Assembly (NCBI GenBank): GCA_963575745.1
Contig: CAUYUJ010000037.1
Location: 124,001-188,000, forward strand
DNA length: 64,000 bases
From: Prorocentrum cordatum
Taxonomy: Eukaryota
Direction: 5' to 3'
This document shows, piece by piece, positions 34,680 to 49,119 of this stretch; positions within the stretch are counted from its first letter, which is position 1, and each line of letters starts with the position of its first letter. Position numbers and translations under genes: made by a program. Below the pieces are notes generated by a model, which made no database searches, was not told the DNA's origin, and was given only the letters and a program-made list of their open reading frames with translations.

Positions 34680-35922
34680 TGCTCCAGACGGCCCCGAGAT
34701 GGCCCAAGATGGCCCAAGATGGATTCCAAGACGGCTAAGATGGCCCCAATATGCCTCCAAGACGGCCCAAGATGCACCCAAGACGGCCTAAGATAGCCTC
34801 AAGATGGCCTAAGACGGCCCAAGAGGCCCCCAAGAGGCCACTCCTCCAGGAGGGCCCGAAGAGGCCAAAACCATTGATTTCCCTTATGAGTTCGCCCCGA
34901 GATCGCCCAAGAGGCCTCCAAGAGCGCCCCATGACGGCCCAAGAGGCCTCCAAGACGGCCCGAAGGGGGCCCCAAGACGGCCCAAGAGGCCTCCAAGACG
35001 TCCAAGATGGCCTCCAAGACGGCTGAGATGGCCCCAAGATGCCTCCGAAACGGCCCAAGATGCACCCAAGACGGCCTAAGATGGCCTCAAGATGGCCCAC
35101 GACGGCCCAAGAGGCCCGCAAGAGGCCTCCAAGACGGCCCAAGAGGCCTCCACGGGGTCCTGGAGGCCCGAAGAGGCCAAAATCAGTGGTTTTCCTTTGG
35201 TTTTTGAAGGATGTTGGCTTTTGCTTCTTTTCGGCAATCCGACGGCCCAAGACGGCCCAAGAGGCCCCCAGGATCGCCCACGAGGCCTCCAAGATGGCCC
35301 CATGACGGCCCAAGAGGCCCCAAGACGGCCCCAAGACGGCCCAAGAAGCCTCCAAGACGGCCAAAATGGCCTCCAAGACGGCTAAGATGGCCCCAAGATG
35401 CCTCCAAGACGGCCCAAGATGCACCCAAGACGGCCGAAGATGGCCTCAAGATAGCCCAAGACTGCCGAAGAGGCCCCCTAAGAGGCCTCCAAGACGGCCC
35501 AGAAACCATCCAGGAGGTCTTCCAGGAGAGCACGAAGAGACCAAAATCATTGATTGTCCTTAGGTGTTTGAAAGAGTTTGGCTGTGTTTTTTCTCGGCAT
35601 TCCGACGGCTCAAGACGGCGCAAGAGGCCCCCAAGATCGCCCAAGAGGCCTCCAAGATGGCCCCATGACGGCCCAAAAGGCTCCCAAGACGGCCCCAAGA
35701 GGACCCCCAATCGGCTCAAGAGGCCTCCAAGACGCCCAAGATGGCCTCTAAGAACCCCTGATATGCCCCAAGAGGGCTTCCGACGGCGTCAGATAAGCCA
35801 GGAACGCCCTCCGACGGCCAAAGAGGCCCCCAAGAAGCCCCGAAAGGCCCCCGAAAACCATCCAGGAGGCCCCAGGAAGCTCCCAGGAGGCCCCAAGAGT
35901 GCCCCAAGATGCGCCCAAGAGG
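34680..35922 (+). repeat. 10-11-bp CCAAGA(C/G/T)GGC minisatellite with ~300-bp higher-order periodicity
   Basis: CCAAGACGGC/CCAAGAGGCCT/CCAAGATGGC units; the block GGCCCAAGATGCACCCAAGACGGCC recurs at ~34765, 35052 and 35411. Confidence 0.9.
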
Positions 35923-35999
35923 CCTCCTCCTCCTCCTCCTCCTCCTCCTCCTCCTCCTCCTCCTCCTCCTCCTCCTCCTCCTCCTCTTCCTCCTCCAGC

Positions 36000-36355
36000 T
36001 CTCTTGGAAACCTTTTGGGACCCTCAGGGACCTCTCATGGGATTCTTGGGACTCTCTTTGGCCGTCTTGGAGCCCAATTAGGCCGTCTTGGGGCCCGGTT
36101 GGGGACCTCTTGGGCCGCCTTGTGGCGGTCTTGGGGGCATCTTGGGCCGTCTCGGACACTGTTCAGACTAGAGAGGCGGATGTGCTACAAGTGCACGTTT
36201 TCTGGGAGGAGTGGGACGATGTTTACCGTTTGGGGGTCCTTTTAGGAGCCTCTGGGAGCGTCTGAAAGGTCTCTCTCGCCGTCTTCGGGTCGTCTTCGGC
36301 TCGCCTTGAACGCTCTTAGGCCGTCTTGGGGTCCTCGTGGGCCCATCTGAGGCCG
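36000..36355 (-). repeat. Same CCAAGA minisatellite family, reverse orientation
   Basis: GGCCGTCTTGG units. Confidence 0.75.
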
Positions 36356-39034
36356 TCCTTATATTAACTTCCCAGCCGCCAGGGGACAGGCGCCCACGAT
36401 CGCGGAGCTGCATGTCTTGTACGGTTCTGCGCCCGCGAACGAAGGAGGCACCCAGGGAAGAGAAGGAGCAGGAGGAGGAGGCGGAGGAGGAGGACGATGA
36501 GAACGAGGAGAAGGACGACGAGGAGGACGAGGAGGACGAGGAGGAGGACGAGGAGGAGGACGAGGAGAAGGACGGGGAGCGGGAACGACAGGAGGAGGCG
36601 AAAGGCAAAGAGGAGCGCACCAGGAGATAGCCCCGATCACGGCGTGGAAGACGCGATACAAGTGAGAAATCGAGCATCGACAAAAAAAACGGGGAATGCA
36701 AGGTGCCTGGCAAAAGCGCCAATTCACTGCACCACGCCGGACGCATATCAGAAAAAGGCGGCGGATACTTTGACGAGCTCCCTTTTCTAATGTTGAGAAA
36801 TCGCAGCGTGTACAATGGTCGACTATCATCGGCCAAACTTCCTTGGCAAAAGAAGGGGCCAGCATCCTCGGAATATGTTTAACCACGACTTCCCCCTTTT
36901 GAGCCGAGGATGCTCCTTCCCCGGTTAGGGTATCGCAGACATGCGCGGAGCTAGTTCACACGAGGGCTCGAGCCGTCATTCCGAACCTCTCGTCGAGCCT
37001 GCCGCTCGTCCAAGGAAGCGGTCAGCACTGACACAGCTCGAGGCGCGCCCACGACAGCAATCGGAAGCGACTGCCTGCAGCCAGGGCCAGGCAGAGGAAC
37101 ACTCGCCCCGCGTGACTTCTCACACATCGGCGCCCACACCGACTGCGTTCGCTGCACGGCCGGCGACGCTTCGGCACCAGCGGCTCCACCTCGAAGCATG
37201 CGTTGCAGGGGCCGTTGCCGCGAAGGCGCGCGCACGAGCCCGTGGCCAGCGCATGCCACAGCAGGGCGGAAGATCCCGCTGCGTGCCTCGCGGCGCGCGG
37301 AGGGGCCCACGGCGCCCCGGGGCGCAGGTCGTCCCGATGAGCAGTTTGGGCGGAGGAGGCAGGGGATGAGGAAGAGGAGGAGAGGGGAGGAGGAGGGAAA
37401 GAAGGAGGAGGAGAGGGGATGAGGAAGAGGAGGAGAGGGGAGGAGGAAGGAAAGAAGGAGGAGGAGGAGGAGGAGGAGGAGGAGGGTGAGGGGGAGGAGG
37501 AGGCGCAGGAGAATGATGAGTAGGGGAGGGCACGAGGCGGAGGAGGAGAAGGCAGAAGCGGAGAAGGAGAAGAAGGAGGAGGAGGAGCAGGAGCAGGAGG
37601 AGGGAGGAGGGAAGAGGAGGCGCTGCCTGGGGCCGTCTGAACCGAGAACATGCCCAATAGAGACCATTCTGCATATCTCGCTGCGCGAAAAAGGTTCCAG
37701 AACGCCTTGAGGCCCAGGTCGTTCCAATGAGCCCGCTGGGACGAGATTGGGAAAGGGACCAAGCTCGATGAACGGAGCTCGACGAGGGGGGGGCAAGGGA
37801 CCAAGCTGGAAGCGGAGGCTCCATCCCGTACCGCCACTAAGCCATCCCGATCGGCACGCTGGGGAGGCGAGGAGTAAGGGACGAGGGGGGACACGCTGGG
37901 GAGGCGAGGAGTAAGGGACGAGGGGGGAAATGGGACCATGCTCGACGATCTGGGCTCGAAGGGAGGCGGCACGAGCGCCCCCGATTGGCTCCTTCCCTCA
38001 TCCTCCCCCTCGGATCATCTCTGAATGACCGTGTACTTCCCTCTTGTACGGGGGAATCACAGCGAAACTGCTGCAGCGCCCATGAGCAACGACTCTCGCC
38101 GAAGACGGCGAAGGAGAAAATGGCAGTGCACAAATTCTGCTTCGGTAATGTGGAGATGGAGACAGAACTATTGTTCCTCCATCGTGACGACTTGTGCCCT
38201 GGCTGATGGCACCGCGTGAATCGCTCAACCTTGAACGATCGTCGCTCTCCGACAGGGCGGATCGTTCGATGCCGATCGATTCCTGACCACCAATGGCATT
38301 AAACCTTGAACGACCGCGCTGAGGTTGCCGCCGCACGGCGCGAACTTGCGGTATGCCCTCCCTCCCTCTCTCTCTCTCTCTCTCTCCTGCGCCGATGCCA
38401 GAGAATGTGGGTATTGTTACACATATCCGCATCCCCACTGGGACAGCCTTGGTCCCGCTGGTTGCACCAGGTAACCCTGACCCACTGGGGATGGGGAGAG
38501 GTCTGACGATTCCGAGGATTATGTCGTCCCCCTCGTACTTCAGGACTCCATCCCAGAAATAATTTCGAGCACTCAGAGAATTATCGAAACAGTATCTACC
38601 CGACACGCCAGCGAGGTGTCGAACGAATGTAACCTCCCAGAGCCCAGCACGTGAAAACCCACCAGTTTCGGTGCGCCCTTGGCGCTCGAAAGTCTTCCTG
38701 GCGATCAAGGCTGAAGTAGGTTGGAACATCATCAGCCGAGGAGAGGACCTGCTTCTCGTCCATCGAATGGGTGACCCCCATTGCCGCGGCGCAGAAGCTG
38801 CCGGGCAGCGGCCCAGCACCTGGGCGATTGTTCTGCTGTCGGTGTCGTTGCTTCACTACTTTTGTGCGTCACGTGATCCCTCTGTGTGTCGTCACGCTCA
38901 CGCGCTTGTGTGCAGCATTGCTTTTGCTGCTCATCCCTGCGAGTTCTCGGTGCCGTCGCCTCGCCCCAGCCACCCCCGCCCGTCGTACTCGTCGATCTTC
39001 TGCGCGTGCCCTTGTCTCCTACCTCCTCTACATT

Positions 39035-39186
39035 AGGGGGCCACATGCGCACCCTACCCCTACCCCCCACGACTTCTGAGGGGGAGGGTGGGGTTCACTT
39101 CGCTCGAGAGCTCCCGAACGAAGTGAACCCCACCCTCCCCCTCAGAAATCGGGGGGGGTAGGAGTCAGGTTCGCATGTGGCCTCCT
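39035..39186. mobile_element. Foldback MITE, 152 bp
   Basis: Perfect 29-bp inner arms at 39074-39102 and 39119-39147. Outer arms AGGGGGCCACATGCG / CGCATGTGGCCTCCT. Flanked by CTACATT / CTACATG. Confidence 0.85.
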
Positions 39187-40498
39187 CTACATGTCACTCT
39201 GCACGAAATCTGACTGCGGAGCCTACGGTTCCGCAACCTAGGCGGCCAACCAGGCAGCCAGCCAGACAGGCAGCCGGCCAGCAGCCGAGTTGACAACCTG
39301 CCAACCAAACTACCAGTCAACGGACCCACGCAAGCAATCAAAGGACGGGATAGTGGAAGGGAGAAAGGACCTTCAGAGAAAGGCTTGGTAAGATGCATAA
39401 CACATCAGACGCTATTGGCAACGGAGAAGTAGAGAACGCAGGGATCCATCCGTCTCCTAGCCAACTTTGCTACCGGTACACAGAAACATGCCAATTTTTC
39501 TGGGCATCCCTTCACACGTATGCTGACCACCTAGGCTGTTCATGGACATTAATCATCGAGTCAACATGGTGGCATGCAATGCAAACGACGGGGTTATGCA
39601 ACGGGACGTTGAACCATCCGCCTCTTCATCTGCCTCCTTCCCCCATCCCCGAGAGGGAACGGCACAATCCTTCGAGTACCCATACCTGCATAGACACCAG
39701 AAAGGAACAATCAAATCCAGGACTCCACCAAAACACCATCCGTTTTTGAATGAGGCATTGAGGCAAGCACAGATACCGGCTTATGCCGCTCCTGATGCAC
39801 AATCGTTTTCAGGATGGCCCGAGGATCATGTCAGAGCCACCAGGGAGCACGCACTTGGTAACACATGCTGTTGATATGACTACCTGTACCACCCGACAGG
39901 CACTGCATATATCAAAATAAAAGGAGGGGTCTGATTTGAAGAGAGGATCTGATTTGAGACATCTTGGGGGGTGTCTGGGCAGAAGCTCGCTCTTTCATGG
40001 CTGGTCGGGGGGGGTCTTAAATTGCCCGTCTAGGAGGGTTGTGAACTATGCCCCTTGGATGTGAAGTCCGCAGCGGGAACGGGACTTGGGACGTCCGAGG
40101 AGCGCTGCGAGGAGGGCGGCGCCGATGAGGCATCCGGGGCCTGGGCCCCTCCTCGGCAGCTCGACCGCTGCTGCACACACGCGCGTGAGCACGCGCTTCC
40201 AGGAGCACCGCAGTCAAACCTGATAGCAAGAGTATGCGCGAGAAGGATGCAAGCCCCCTGGACGCGAATGCCCAAGGCTTTTGGGGCGGGGCCGGCCGTC
40301 GAGTGGTCGAGGACGCACCGAAGAGGCAAGGATGCAAGGGTGCCTTTGCAAAGGCTACCCAACCTTGCTATCGGTGTCGACTGTAGGCCTGAGAAGCGTT
40401 CGGCCCGGAGCAGTTCCACAGCACCGCCGCCGCTGCCGCAACCGTCGGCCTCGTCGCCGTCGCATTCGTCGTCGCCGTCGGCGGCTTCGGCGGTCTTC

Positions 40499-40687
40499 TG
40501 ACGATCGAACAACACGCACCCATACCCATAGGGGGGACGGAGGAGGCTATGGGTGCGTGTTGTCGGATGGGGGTCCCCGCTCGAAAGGGAGCTTCCCCCA
40601 GGGTCCGACAACTCGCACCCATACCCATAGCCAGTTCCCCTCCTTTCGACCCTCCTATGGGTATGGGTGTGAGTTGTTCGCTCGTCA
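40499..40687. mobile_element. MITE, 189 bp, TG...CA ends, 5-bp TSD TCTTC
   Basis: TGACGATCGAACAACACGCACCCATACCCATAGG / CCTATGGGTATGGGTGTGAGTTGTTCGCTCGTCA; TCTTC at 40494-40498 and 40688-40692. Confidence 0.85.
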
Positions 40688-43644
40688 TCTTCGGCTTTTC
40701 TGCTGCCTCCCGTGGCGCGCGGTGATCCTACCCTCACGCCGCGAGCCTGGCGGGGTGCGGCCCTGCGGCAGCCCCCCAGGACGCGGCCCCGATGGGGACC
40801 CAGGGCCCCAAGAGTCCTCTCTGGAGGCCGCGGGAGGCCCCCGCGGGGCCCCACGGGCACGGAGAGGGGGAGGAGGAGGAGGAGGAGGAGGAGGAGGAGG
40901 AGGAGGAGGAGGAGGAGGAGGAGGAGGAGGAGGAGGAGGAGGAGGAGGGAGGAAGGGACGGAGAACGAGGACGACGAGGAGGAAGAGGAGGAGGAGGAGG
41001 GGGAGCACATCCCCCCCCGGCACTGGGCCGTCAAAGCTCCGCGCCAGGACCCGCGCAAAGCGACGGCAGCGCCGAGCTCTGCCGAGCTCGAGCCTCACGG
41101 GTCTCCCCGACGGCAGGAGAGCGAGATGCAAAGGGCCGAGGAAGAGGGAGCCACCCTGTAAGATAAAGCCAAGACAAGGATAAAATCGGGGGAGGGCCAA
41201 TAGAGAATATCTGAGGTCCAGGGGCTCTGTCTCGGGCGCCGCGGCCTTCTCGGAGCGTTCTGGAACGCTATGAGAGCGTTCTGGAACGGATTTATCCTCG
41301 TCCTAGCCCCGTCCAATCCCAGGTCATGGGCGACCCCGGGGGACCTCCTCGGAAGCGCGGGTGGGAGGTCCCACACCTTCGTCCGCCATCCTCTTGCACC
41401 ACCACAACCACCACCACCACCACCACCATTCCGAGACCCCGAGCTTGCCACTAGAGGGTCTTGCATACCCCTGTAGCTCGTTGGAAGTTGCCTGCAAGCC
41501 ATGGGAAGTCCGACGAGGTCCTCCAGGCCATGTGGCCGCCTCCAGGAGGCCCCAGACCCGTGCAGTTCTGATCCAACCGCGTGCTACCCTGGGTGCTCAA
41601 CGCGCTGCGCTGTGTGCTTCCCAGTTGGGGAAAATCCTGGAGGCCTCGCGCAGCAACATGCGAGCCAGCTTACATCGGCCGTACGTCGGATGTACGTCGG
41701 ACAGAAGTCGGAACATCGCCACCGTCGTCCTGTATCTTACCCGGCGGACGTGTGGACTGAATCTAACGACTGCGCGCCGTGCAAGACCTCCAGGATATTC
41801 CTCATAGCTTCCCGACTTCTCTTGCTCGTACTCTGTCGGGTTTGCCCGTTTGGGGCCCCTGGAGGCTATCAGCGGGCGCCGTGGCCCTCCAGGAAACAAC
41901 TCGGAAAAACGGGTCCTCGGGAAGTCGGCAAAGCGCCCGTTGGCCCGCGCCATGAGAAAGGCGGCCACGTGGAAGTGATCTTCTAACATTCGGGGGGGTC
42001 GCGTGGCGAAAGGAAGCACGTCCGAGGTCTGGGTGACTGGGCACGTCAAACTGCAGTTTGGCGTGAGGCTCGAGACGGCACCGTCACATGCAGGCCCCGC
42101 CTGCGATGGCCATGTACTACAGCAAATGCGGAGCCTCGAGCCAGAGGTAGGAGCGGACAGGGATAGCAAAAGAGGTATGGCTAAGGACGCCCATGGATGA
42201 CATTCGCACGCCGTCGTCTGACAGTAACAACGACGCCCTCTGAGCACCCCGCCCAGAGAAAGCACTGCGCACAAAACTCTGTGCAAGAAGATTCATATGT
42301 CGATTGGGCTTCGACCATGATCTTGGTGCGCGAATACTCTTGCTCTTGCCCAACAGGGACGACAGAAGGACGGAGCGTTAAGGAGGATCGATGCGCGATC
42401 CAATGAAATTGGTTGGGATGTCCGCGCCTACTATCTCAATCCATCGACGGCTGGACGCCGACTCGCACATCACCTCACGAACCGCCCTGCTCGTCGCGAC
42501 GCTCATAGACCCGCTGATCCTTCCACCAAAACGTTACGGCCGCAGTTTTGAAGCAGTAAGTATCCCGTGCTTGCACGCTCCTGACCAGTCTGGCCCTGGT
42601 CAACTGAAACACGGAGGCTCAGCTGAGGCGTACTCTGCTGGGGTCTGACTGTGTTTTACTGTTGTCGTTGTCTCTCCTCCGACTTTCTCTCCCGCTCTCT
42701 CTCTCTCTCTCTTTTACCTCTCTCTCTCTCTCTTCCTCTCTGCGTTACGACATTCACGCGTGGGTGATTATATTATGAGGCACTGTGATTCTATTATGAG
42801 GTAGTCATCGCCTCTGATCGGCCCCACCGCTGCTCCACTCACTTGCACGTGGACATCTTCTGGCCTTGATGGAGAATCTAGACCATCTAATGGCCTGGCG
42901 GCGGCGGTTGGCTTGGTGGAGTGGGGTGTCCTAACCTCCGTTTTCCACAACCCTCGAACACCTGGCAGGTCTCAATTGGATCGGATCGCGAAATCGTCTC
43001 GGATCGGGGACGGATCGGTTCGCGAGCGCACGGCCCAGCACCAGATCGAAGTCGGATCGCCGCGTCTGGTTCCAGCTGGCCCCAGCCGACGCCAGCGAAT
43101 CGAAAAGTATCGAACCGACTCATGACTCACGGCGCCGCGCGGCGAATCGCGTCTCATCGGATATCGAGGCGTGGGCGGCGGCCCCGCCTGCTCCCCCCCG
43201 AAGGCCCCAACTTCGCCACGGGCACTGGCCACACACCTTCCCGCGCGGATCCCAAAATCGGAACTCCGCGGGGCACCACGGGGGGGCCCGCACCCTGCCG
43301 AGGGACAGCCGCGGGACAACTGGCACTGGACGTGCCTCCACAGACGCTTCTCGCCGTGAAGCTGCGTCGCCTCGCCCGCACTCGCAGCGCGAAGTGGAAC
43401 CGGCACCGCACGTCAGGCGGGGGGCGCCGCGTTCCATCAAATATCCTCCCGAAGTCGCCGACTACATGGGGCCACGGCGAGACCACGGATCGACCAGACC
43501 GACCCTGAACAGCCACGAACAAGCCAATCCGAAAACCACAACGGGAAAGGAAAAACAGCGGAGGCCATGCAAAAGAAAGAGCGAGCCAGCGCTTGCATGC
43601 CTGTCCGCCCGAACACTTCAAACAAAAGCGGGTCAGAGTTCTTC

Positions 43645-44785
43645 AACATACGTGTATATAAATATATGTGTGTATACATACGTGTGGGTTTGAATACGTA
43701 TGTAGTCATATGTGCACGCAAACGAAAATACACCGATATATATATACCAATACATATACATCTACATAAACATAAGCATAGGAATTACACATACAAACAC
43801 AAAAATAGACGTATAACTACATATACATGTACATGTCCATATATGATATGTATATGTATACTAAGTTGATAAGTACATATGCATATGCATGTATACATAT
43901 GTGTATACATATGTGAAATCCTTACTCATATACATACACATATGCACATGCATGTCTGAATGCAAATATGTATACAAGTAAATGGATATAAACATATACC
44001 TATGACTATACGCATACGCGCTTACATATACATACACAATTGCAGATGCATGTACGTACACCTGCACACACATATTTACATATATGTATAGATACATGCA
44101 TATACACATACATAGGCATATACAAATACACACACATACAGATACGTATACGCTTGCTAAATCATGAACATATACATATGCAACAACATATCCATATACG
44201 TTACAAATATATGTACGTGTGGACATACATGCAAGTATGCATGTACATACATATATATGCAAACGGCCATAAACAGCATCATAAACATAAACATACATAT
44301 ATATATACACAAATACATACATAAAACATAAGAATGCTATTATGTAAAAAAACATGAACAAATACATAAGCATGCACAATCATATGCACATGTGCATATA
44401 CATGCACATTCCCATGGACATGCATATGTAAAGAAACCTTCGGACATGCCAATGTACATCTCCATATACATGTAGGAATACACATACACATACAGACACG
44501 TATGTACATACTGAAGTCATATACAAAAACGGTTGGATATTCAATAACCATACATAAACATATACATACGCATACATAAACATACACCTATCCGTATACA
44601 TATACACAAAAAATACACCAACAAATATTCACACACCATACATACAGAAACATAATGGTACATATGTACATATGGACATAAACATGTACATACGCATGGC
44701 AACAAACATATGCATTGGCGTATTCGTAAACATATACGTTTACATATAATGCAGTATTAAGTATTAAGCTATATACATATCTGAT
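43645..44785. repeat. AT-rich degenerate (CATA/TA/CA)n microsatellite
   Basis: About 1.1 kb of alternating purine-pyrimidine sequence, followed by (GA)n. Confidence 0.9.
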
Positions 44786-45633
44786 TCAATGTGCAATAAG
44801 ACGAAAAAAGAGAGAGAGAGAAAGAGAGAGAGAGAAAGAGAGACAGAGACAGAGGAAGGGCGAGAGAGAGAGAGAAATGAAAAAAAGAAGAGAGAAGGGG
44901 GGGGAAGAAGGAAAAAAAAAAAAAATGACTTGAGCAACACGTGATAGGAGGAGGAATCATGAATATGCGAAACATGGGAGAGCAGGAGGGGCCCCAAAAA
45001 AGGACGCGAGGAAGAAGCAAGACAGGACGGGAGGGCATTTCTGTAAGTCGAATTCCCACGCCCGTAGCTGCAGCATTACTATCGGAATACTTGGGGGAAC
45101 CGACGTCGCATAAAACCCGAAAAATACATCTTTGCGAGGTTTCAAGATGACATTCGAAAACGCTTCCTCCTTGTCATCTGAACACTGACTGGGCGCGTTA
45201 AGAGCTCTACGAGGGCCCCGGCGGTAACCTGGTTGACGGTTTACCGCCAGCTCCCAGCATTTGAGGAAGCTCTTTTCGCGTAGCATTCTAAGCACTACTT
45301 CGCGCGTCACGAGCTCTACGAGGTCCCCGGCGGCAACCTGGTCGACGGTTTACCCCTGGCCCCCAGTACCTAGAGCTCTTCGACATGGGCGAGCTGGAGG
45401 AATTCCGGCGCGGGGTGGAGCAAGTGACTTGTAGGGCTTCCCTAAGAGCGAAGCGGCGAAGCTAGAGAGTAATTCCGCCGCGCTGGGGGGCTAGTGACTC
45501 ATAGAGCTTCCCTAAGAGCGAAGCGGCGAAGCCAGAGAGTAATTCCGGCGCGCCGGGGGGCTAGTTGGCCCAAAAAACCTCGACGGACGTCTGTCTTTTT
45601 TGAGCATATGTAAAATCAGTTAGGGCTCTAATG

Positions 45634-46098
45634 TACCTCGTAGAGCTCTTCGGCATCGATGAGCTAGAGGAATTCCGGCGTGGGCCACCCGGCCCGGACG
45701 GACAATGTGTCAACCTGGGGGCGGTTGTTTGAAGATTGTGGAAGAATTGAGGGTTCGTTAGGGGGAACTGTCGGCGAGCGGGATGCATTTCCCGAGATGA
45801 TAATGGATTTGCGAACTTAACTGACGCAGCAAACTCGCTACACAGCTCTAGTCTTCCCTGCGTCTGTAGCAGGTCAAGGCGCGTCAGACCGTCGAATTCT
45901 CAGATCCGCAGCGGTAGCATTACTATCAAACGACTTGACAGAACCAACACCCTATAACACTAAGAAAGTACATGTTTGCAGTTTTGAACAGATATTTGGA
46001 ATAGATTTCTCGTCGTATTCTGAGCACTACTCCGCGCATCAAGAGCTCTACGAGGGCCCTGGCGGCAACCTGGTTGACGGTTCACCGCCGGCCCCCAG
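45634..46098 (+). mobile_element. Subfamily 1 element, complete copy
   Basis: 5' TACCTCGTAGAGCTC ... GAGCTCTACGAGG + hairpin + CCCCCAG, followed by a T run. Confidence 0.7.
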
Positions 46099-47807
46099 TT
46101 TTTTCCTCCAGCACAGCAATCGAGAGTAAATCATCAGGAGCACGAGTCTCAAGTATCAGGAAGCCCGAACTCGGTCTGCTTCCATAGCTGGAACCACGAA
46201 ACTATTCGTGCTCTGCCCATTATTGGAGATAGTGCTCATTTCCTTAACTCGAGCCGAAGATGAGCTATAGAGCTCTTCGGCACAGCAACCGAAGGGAATC
46301 ATCAGAACGCTAGTTTCAAGTATATGGATGCACGAACTCGGTGTGCTACTAGAGCTTGTACCAAAAAAACTAATCGTACTCTGCAAGTTTGATGATGATT
46401 TTTTCAACTTAACTCGAGGTGCAGATTAGTTACAGAGCTGTACGGCACATCAATCGGAAGGATATCATCAGGAGCACTAGTCTCAGGTATCTAGATGTCC
46501 GAACTCGGTCTGCTACCAGCTGGAACCAAAACACTACTCGTACTCTGCATTGTTTAGAGACGCTGGAGGTTCCCTCTACTATATTGGAGCTGCAGGTTGG
46601 CACCGACAAGCATTTTTCGAAGCAGAAGCAATGTGTGCAGTTTGGGCCGGTTGGACGAACACTGCAAGAGATTTAACCATTCGTGCTGAGAACTCGTATT
46701 TTTCGCACCTGTAGTGGGTGACGCCGCGTCTGCCAGTCAAATACCCAGGTTCGTAGCTGCAGTATTACTATCGAAACACTTGGGGGAACCGACGACGTAT
46801 AAAATCGAAAAATAAAGTTTGCGAGTTTTCAAACTGACATTGGAGAACGCTCTCTCCTCGTAGTCTGAGCTCTGATTTGCATGTTGAGAGCTCCACGAGG
46901 GCCCCTGCGGCAACCTGGTTGACGGTCTACCGCCGGCTCCCAGTTAGCACGCCCGGCCCGGGCAGAGCTCTTCGGCATCGATAAGCAAGGGGAATTCCCG
47001 CGCGAGCTGAAGCTAGTTGGCCCATCTTGGCAGGTGTCGTTGGCGTTCTTAACTCAATTCGAGCTACAGATGAGCTACAGAGCCATTCGGCAGAGCAATC
47101 AAAAGAAACGTATCAGGCGCGTTAGTCTCAAGTATATAGATGCCCGAACTCGGTGTGCTACCAGAGCCGGAACCAAAACATTCTTTGTAGTACGCAAATT
47201 GTCTTAAGAGATGATGACTAGTTCCTTAACTTCACTCGAGCTACAGATGAACTACAGAGCTGCACGGCACAGCGCTCGCAAGAATAGCATCAGGAACGCT
47301 AGTCTCAAGTATCCAGACTGGGGGCGGTAAACCGCCAACCTTGGTTACCGCTGGGAACTCGTAGAGCTTCCCTGCGATATACATCACGGCACGCGGGCGC
47401 GGCAATCTCACATTCCGAGCGCGCCAGGGCGCGGTTTCATGGACGAGGACGCGGAGGAGGAGCGAGGAGAGGAAGGAAGTGAAGGAGGCTGAGGAAGAGA
47501 AGGACGTGGAGAAGAAGAGGCAGGACAAGAAGGATGAGCGGGAGAAGGAGAAAGAACGGATGACGAACAGGGCGACGATGAGGGGGCGGAGGAGGAGGAG
47601 ACGAAGGAGGAGACAGATAAGAAGAAGGAGGAGAAAGAGGCGAAGGAACAGATGGAGGCGGAAGAGCAGGAGCACGAAGAGGAGGATGAGGAGAAAGAGG
47701 AGGAGGAGAAAGACGAGGAGAAGGAGGAGGAGCAGAAGGAGGGGCAGGAGGAGGAGGGGGGAGGTGGAGGAGGAGATGGAGGAGGAGGAGAAGAAAAAAA
47801 GGAGTGG

Positions 47808-48497
47808 TCGACCACGACCACGGCCACGGCCACGGCCACGGCCACGGCCACGGCCACGGCCACGCCACGGCCACGGCCACGACCACGACCACGGCCACGG
47901 CCACGACCACGGCCACGGAAACAGCCACGGCACGGCGACGGCGACGGCGACGGCCACGGCGACGGCCACGGCGACGGCGACGGCGACGGCGACGGCCACG
48001 GCCACGAAAACGGCCACGAAAACGGCCACGAAAAAAGGCCACGGCCACGGCCACGGCCACGGCCACGGCCACGGCCACGGCCACGGCCACGGCATGGCCA
48101 CGGCCACGACACGGCCACGCCCACGGCCACGCCCACGGCCACGCCCACGGCCACGGCCACGGCCACGGCCACGGCCACGGCCACAGCCACGGCCACGGCC
48201 ACGACCACGACCACGGCCACGGCCACGGCCACGGCCACGGCCAAAGCCACGGCCACGGCCACGGCCATTGCCACGGACACGGCCACCGCCGGCTACCGCC
48301 ACGGCCACCGCCACGGCCACGGCCACGGCCACGCCCACAGCCACCCCGGCGGCCACGGCCACGGCATCGCCACGGCCACGGCCAGGGCCACGGCCACGGC
48401 CGTCACGGCCACCGCCACGGCCACGACCACGACCACGGCCACGGCCCCGGCCCCGGCCACGGCCACGACCACGGCCACGACCCCTAGAGCCACGGCC
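47808..48497 (+). repeat. (GGCCAC)n hexamer minisatellite
   Basis: Directly visible; related copy at 49031-49390. Confidence 0.95.
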
Positions 48498-49030
48498 AGC
48501 CGGCAGAGAATTCGAAAATCACGTTTCGCAACTCAGCCCTAGCGTGCCTCGCGAAGTTCTCTTGATTCCTATCCATAATAACTCTCTAGCTCATCTGCAG
48601 CTCGAGTTAAGTGAAGGAACTCATTTATTTCGAAAAAAAACGATCGAATGCTAATATCTGTGCGGATATAGTTGAACCAGTAGACTGAATTCAGGCTCTA
48701 GAACTGACAAACGTGCCTAATTATTCAAAATCGGTTTCTGTAAGTATCAGCTCTTTAGCTTTCTGAAATCTCGAGTGATGTTTGAAAACCGTAAAGGCGG
48801 ACTCGAACACACAATCGGTTCCAGCAAGGGTTTTGTAGTAAATTTCACTGGCAGACACGTCATTACGCACTACAGATTGGAAAAATCTGTTTTTGACACA
48901 AATTTTCAAATTTTGCCCAAAAATTGAAAAACCTACCCCAAGTCGTCACATTCTCTCTTCTGGTCGGGTCGCCCAACTAGCTCCACCCCGCGCCGGAATT
49001 CCTCTAGCTCATCGATGCCGAAGAGCTCTC

Positions 49031-49085
49031 CACGACCACGACTACGGCCACGGCCACGACCACGGCCACGGAAACAGCCACGGCA

Positions 49086-49119
<34 letters not shown>

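Noticed and set aside
33194..36245. Long ORFs (453, 305 and 344 aa)
   Set aside because: Derived from the CCAAGA minisatellite and (CCT)n; low complexity.
37990..39900. Unique-looking segments with 100-270-aa ORFs
   Set aside because: No recognisable domain. May be decayed TE or exons, but this cannot be supported by eye.
41500..42650. Possible 3' fragment of a non-LTR retrotransposon before (CT)n
   Set aside because: No RT or endonuclease motif recognisable; too degraded to call.
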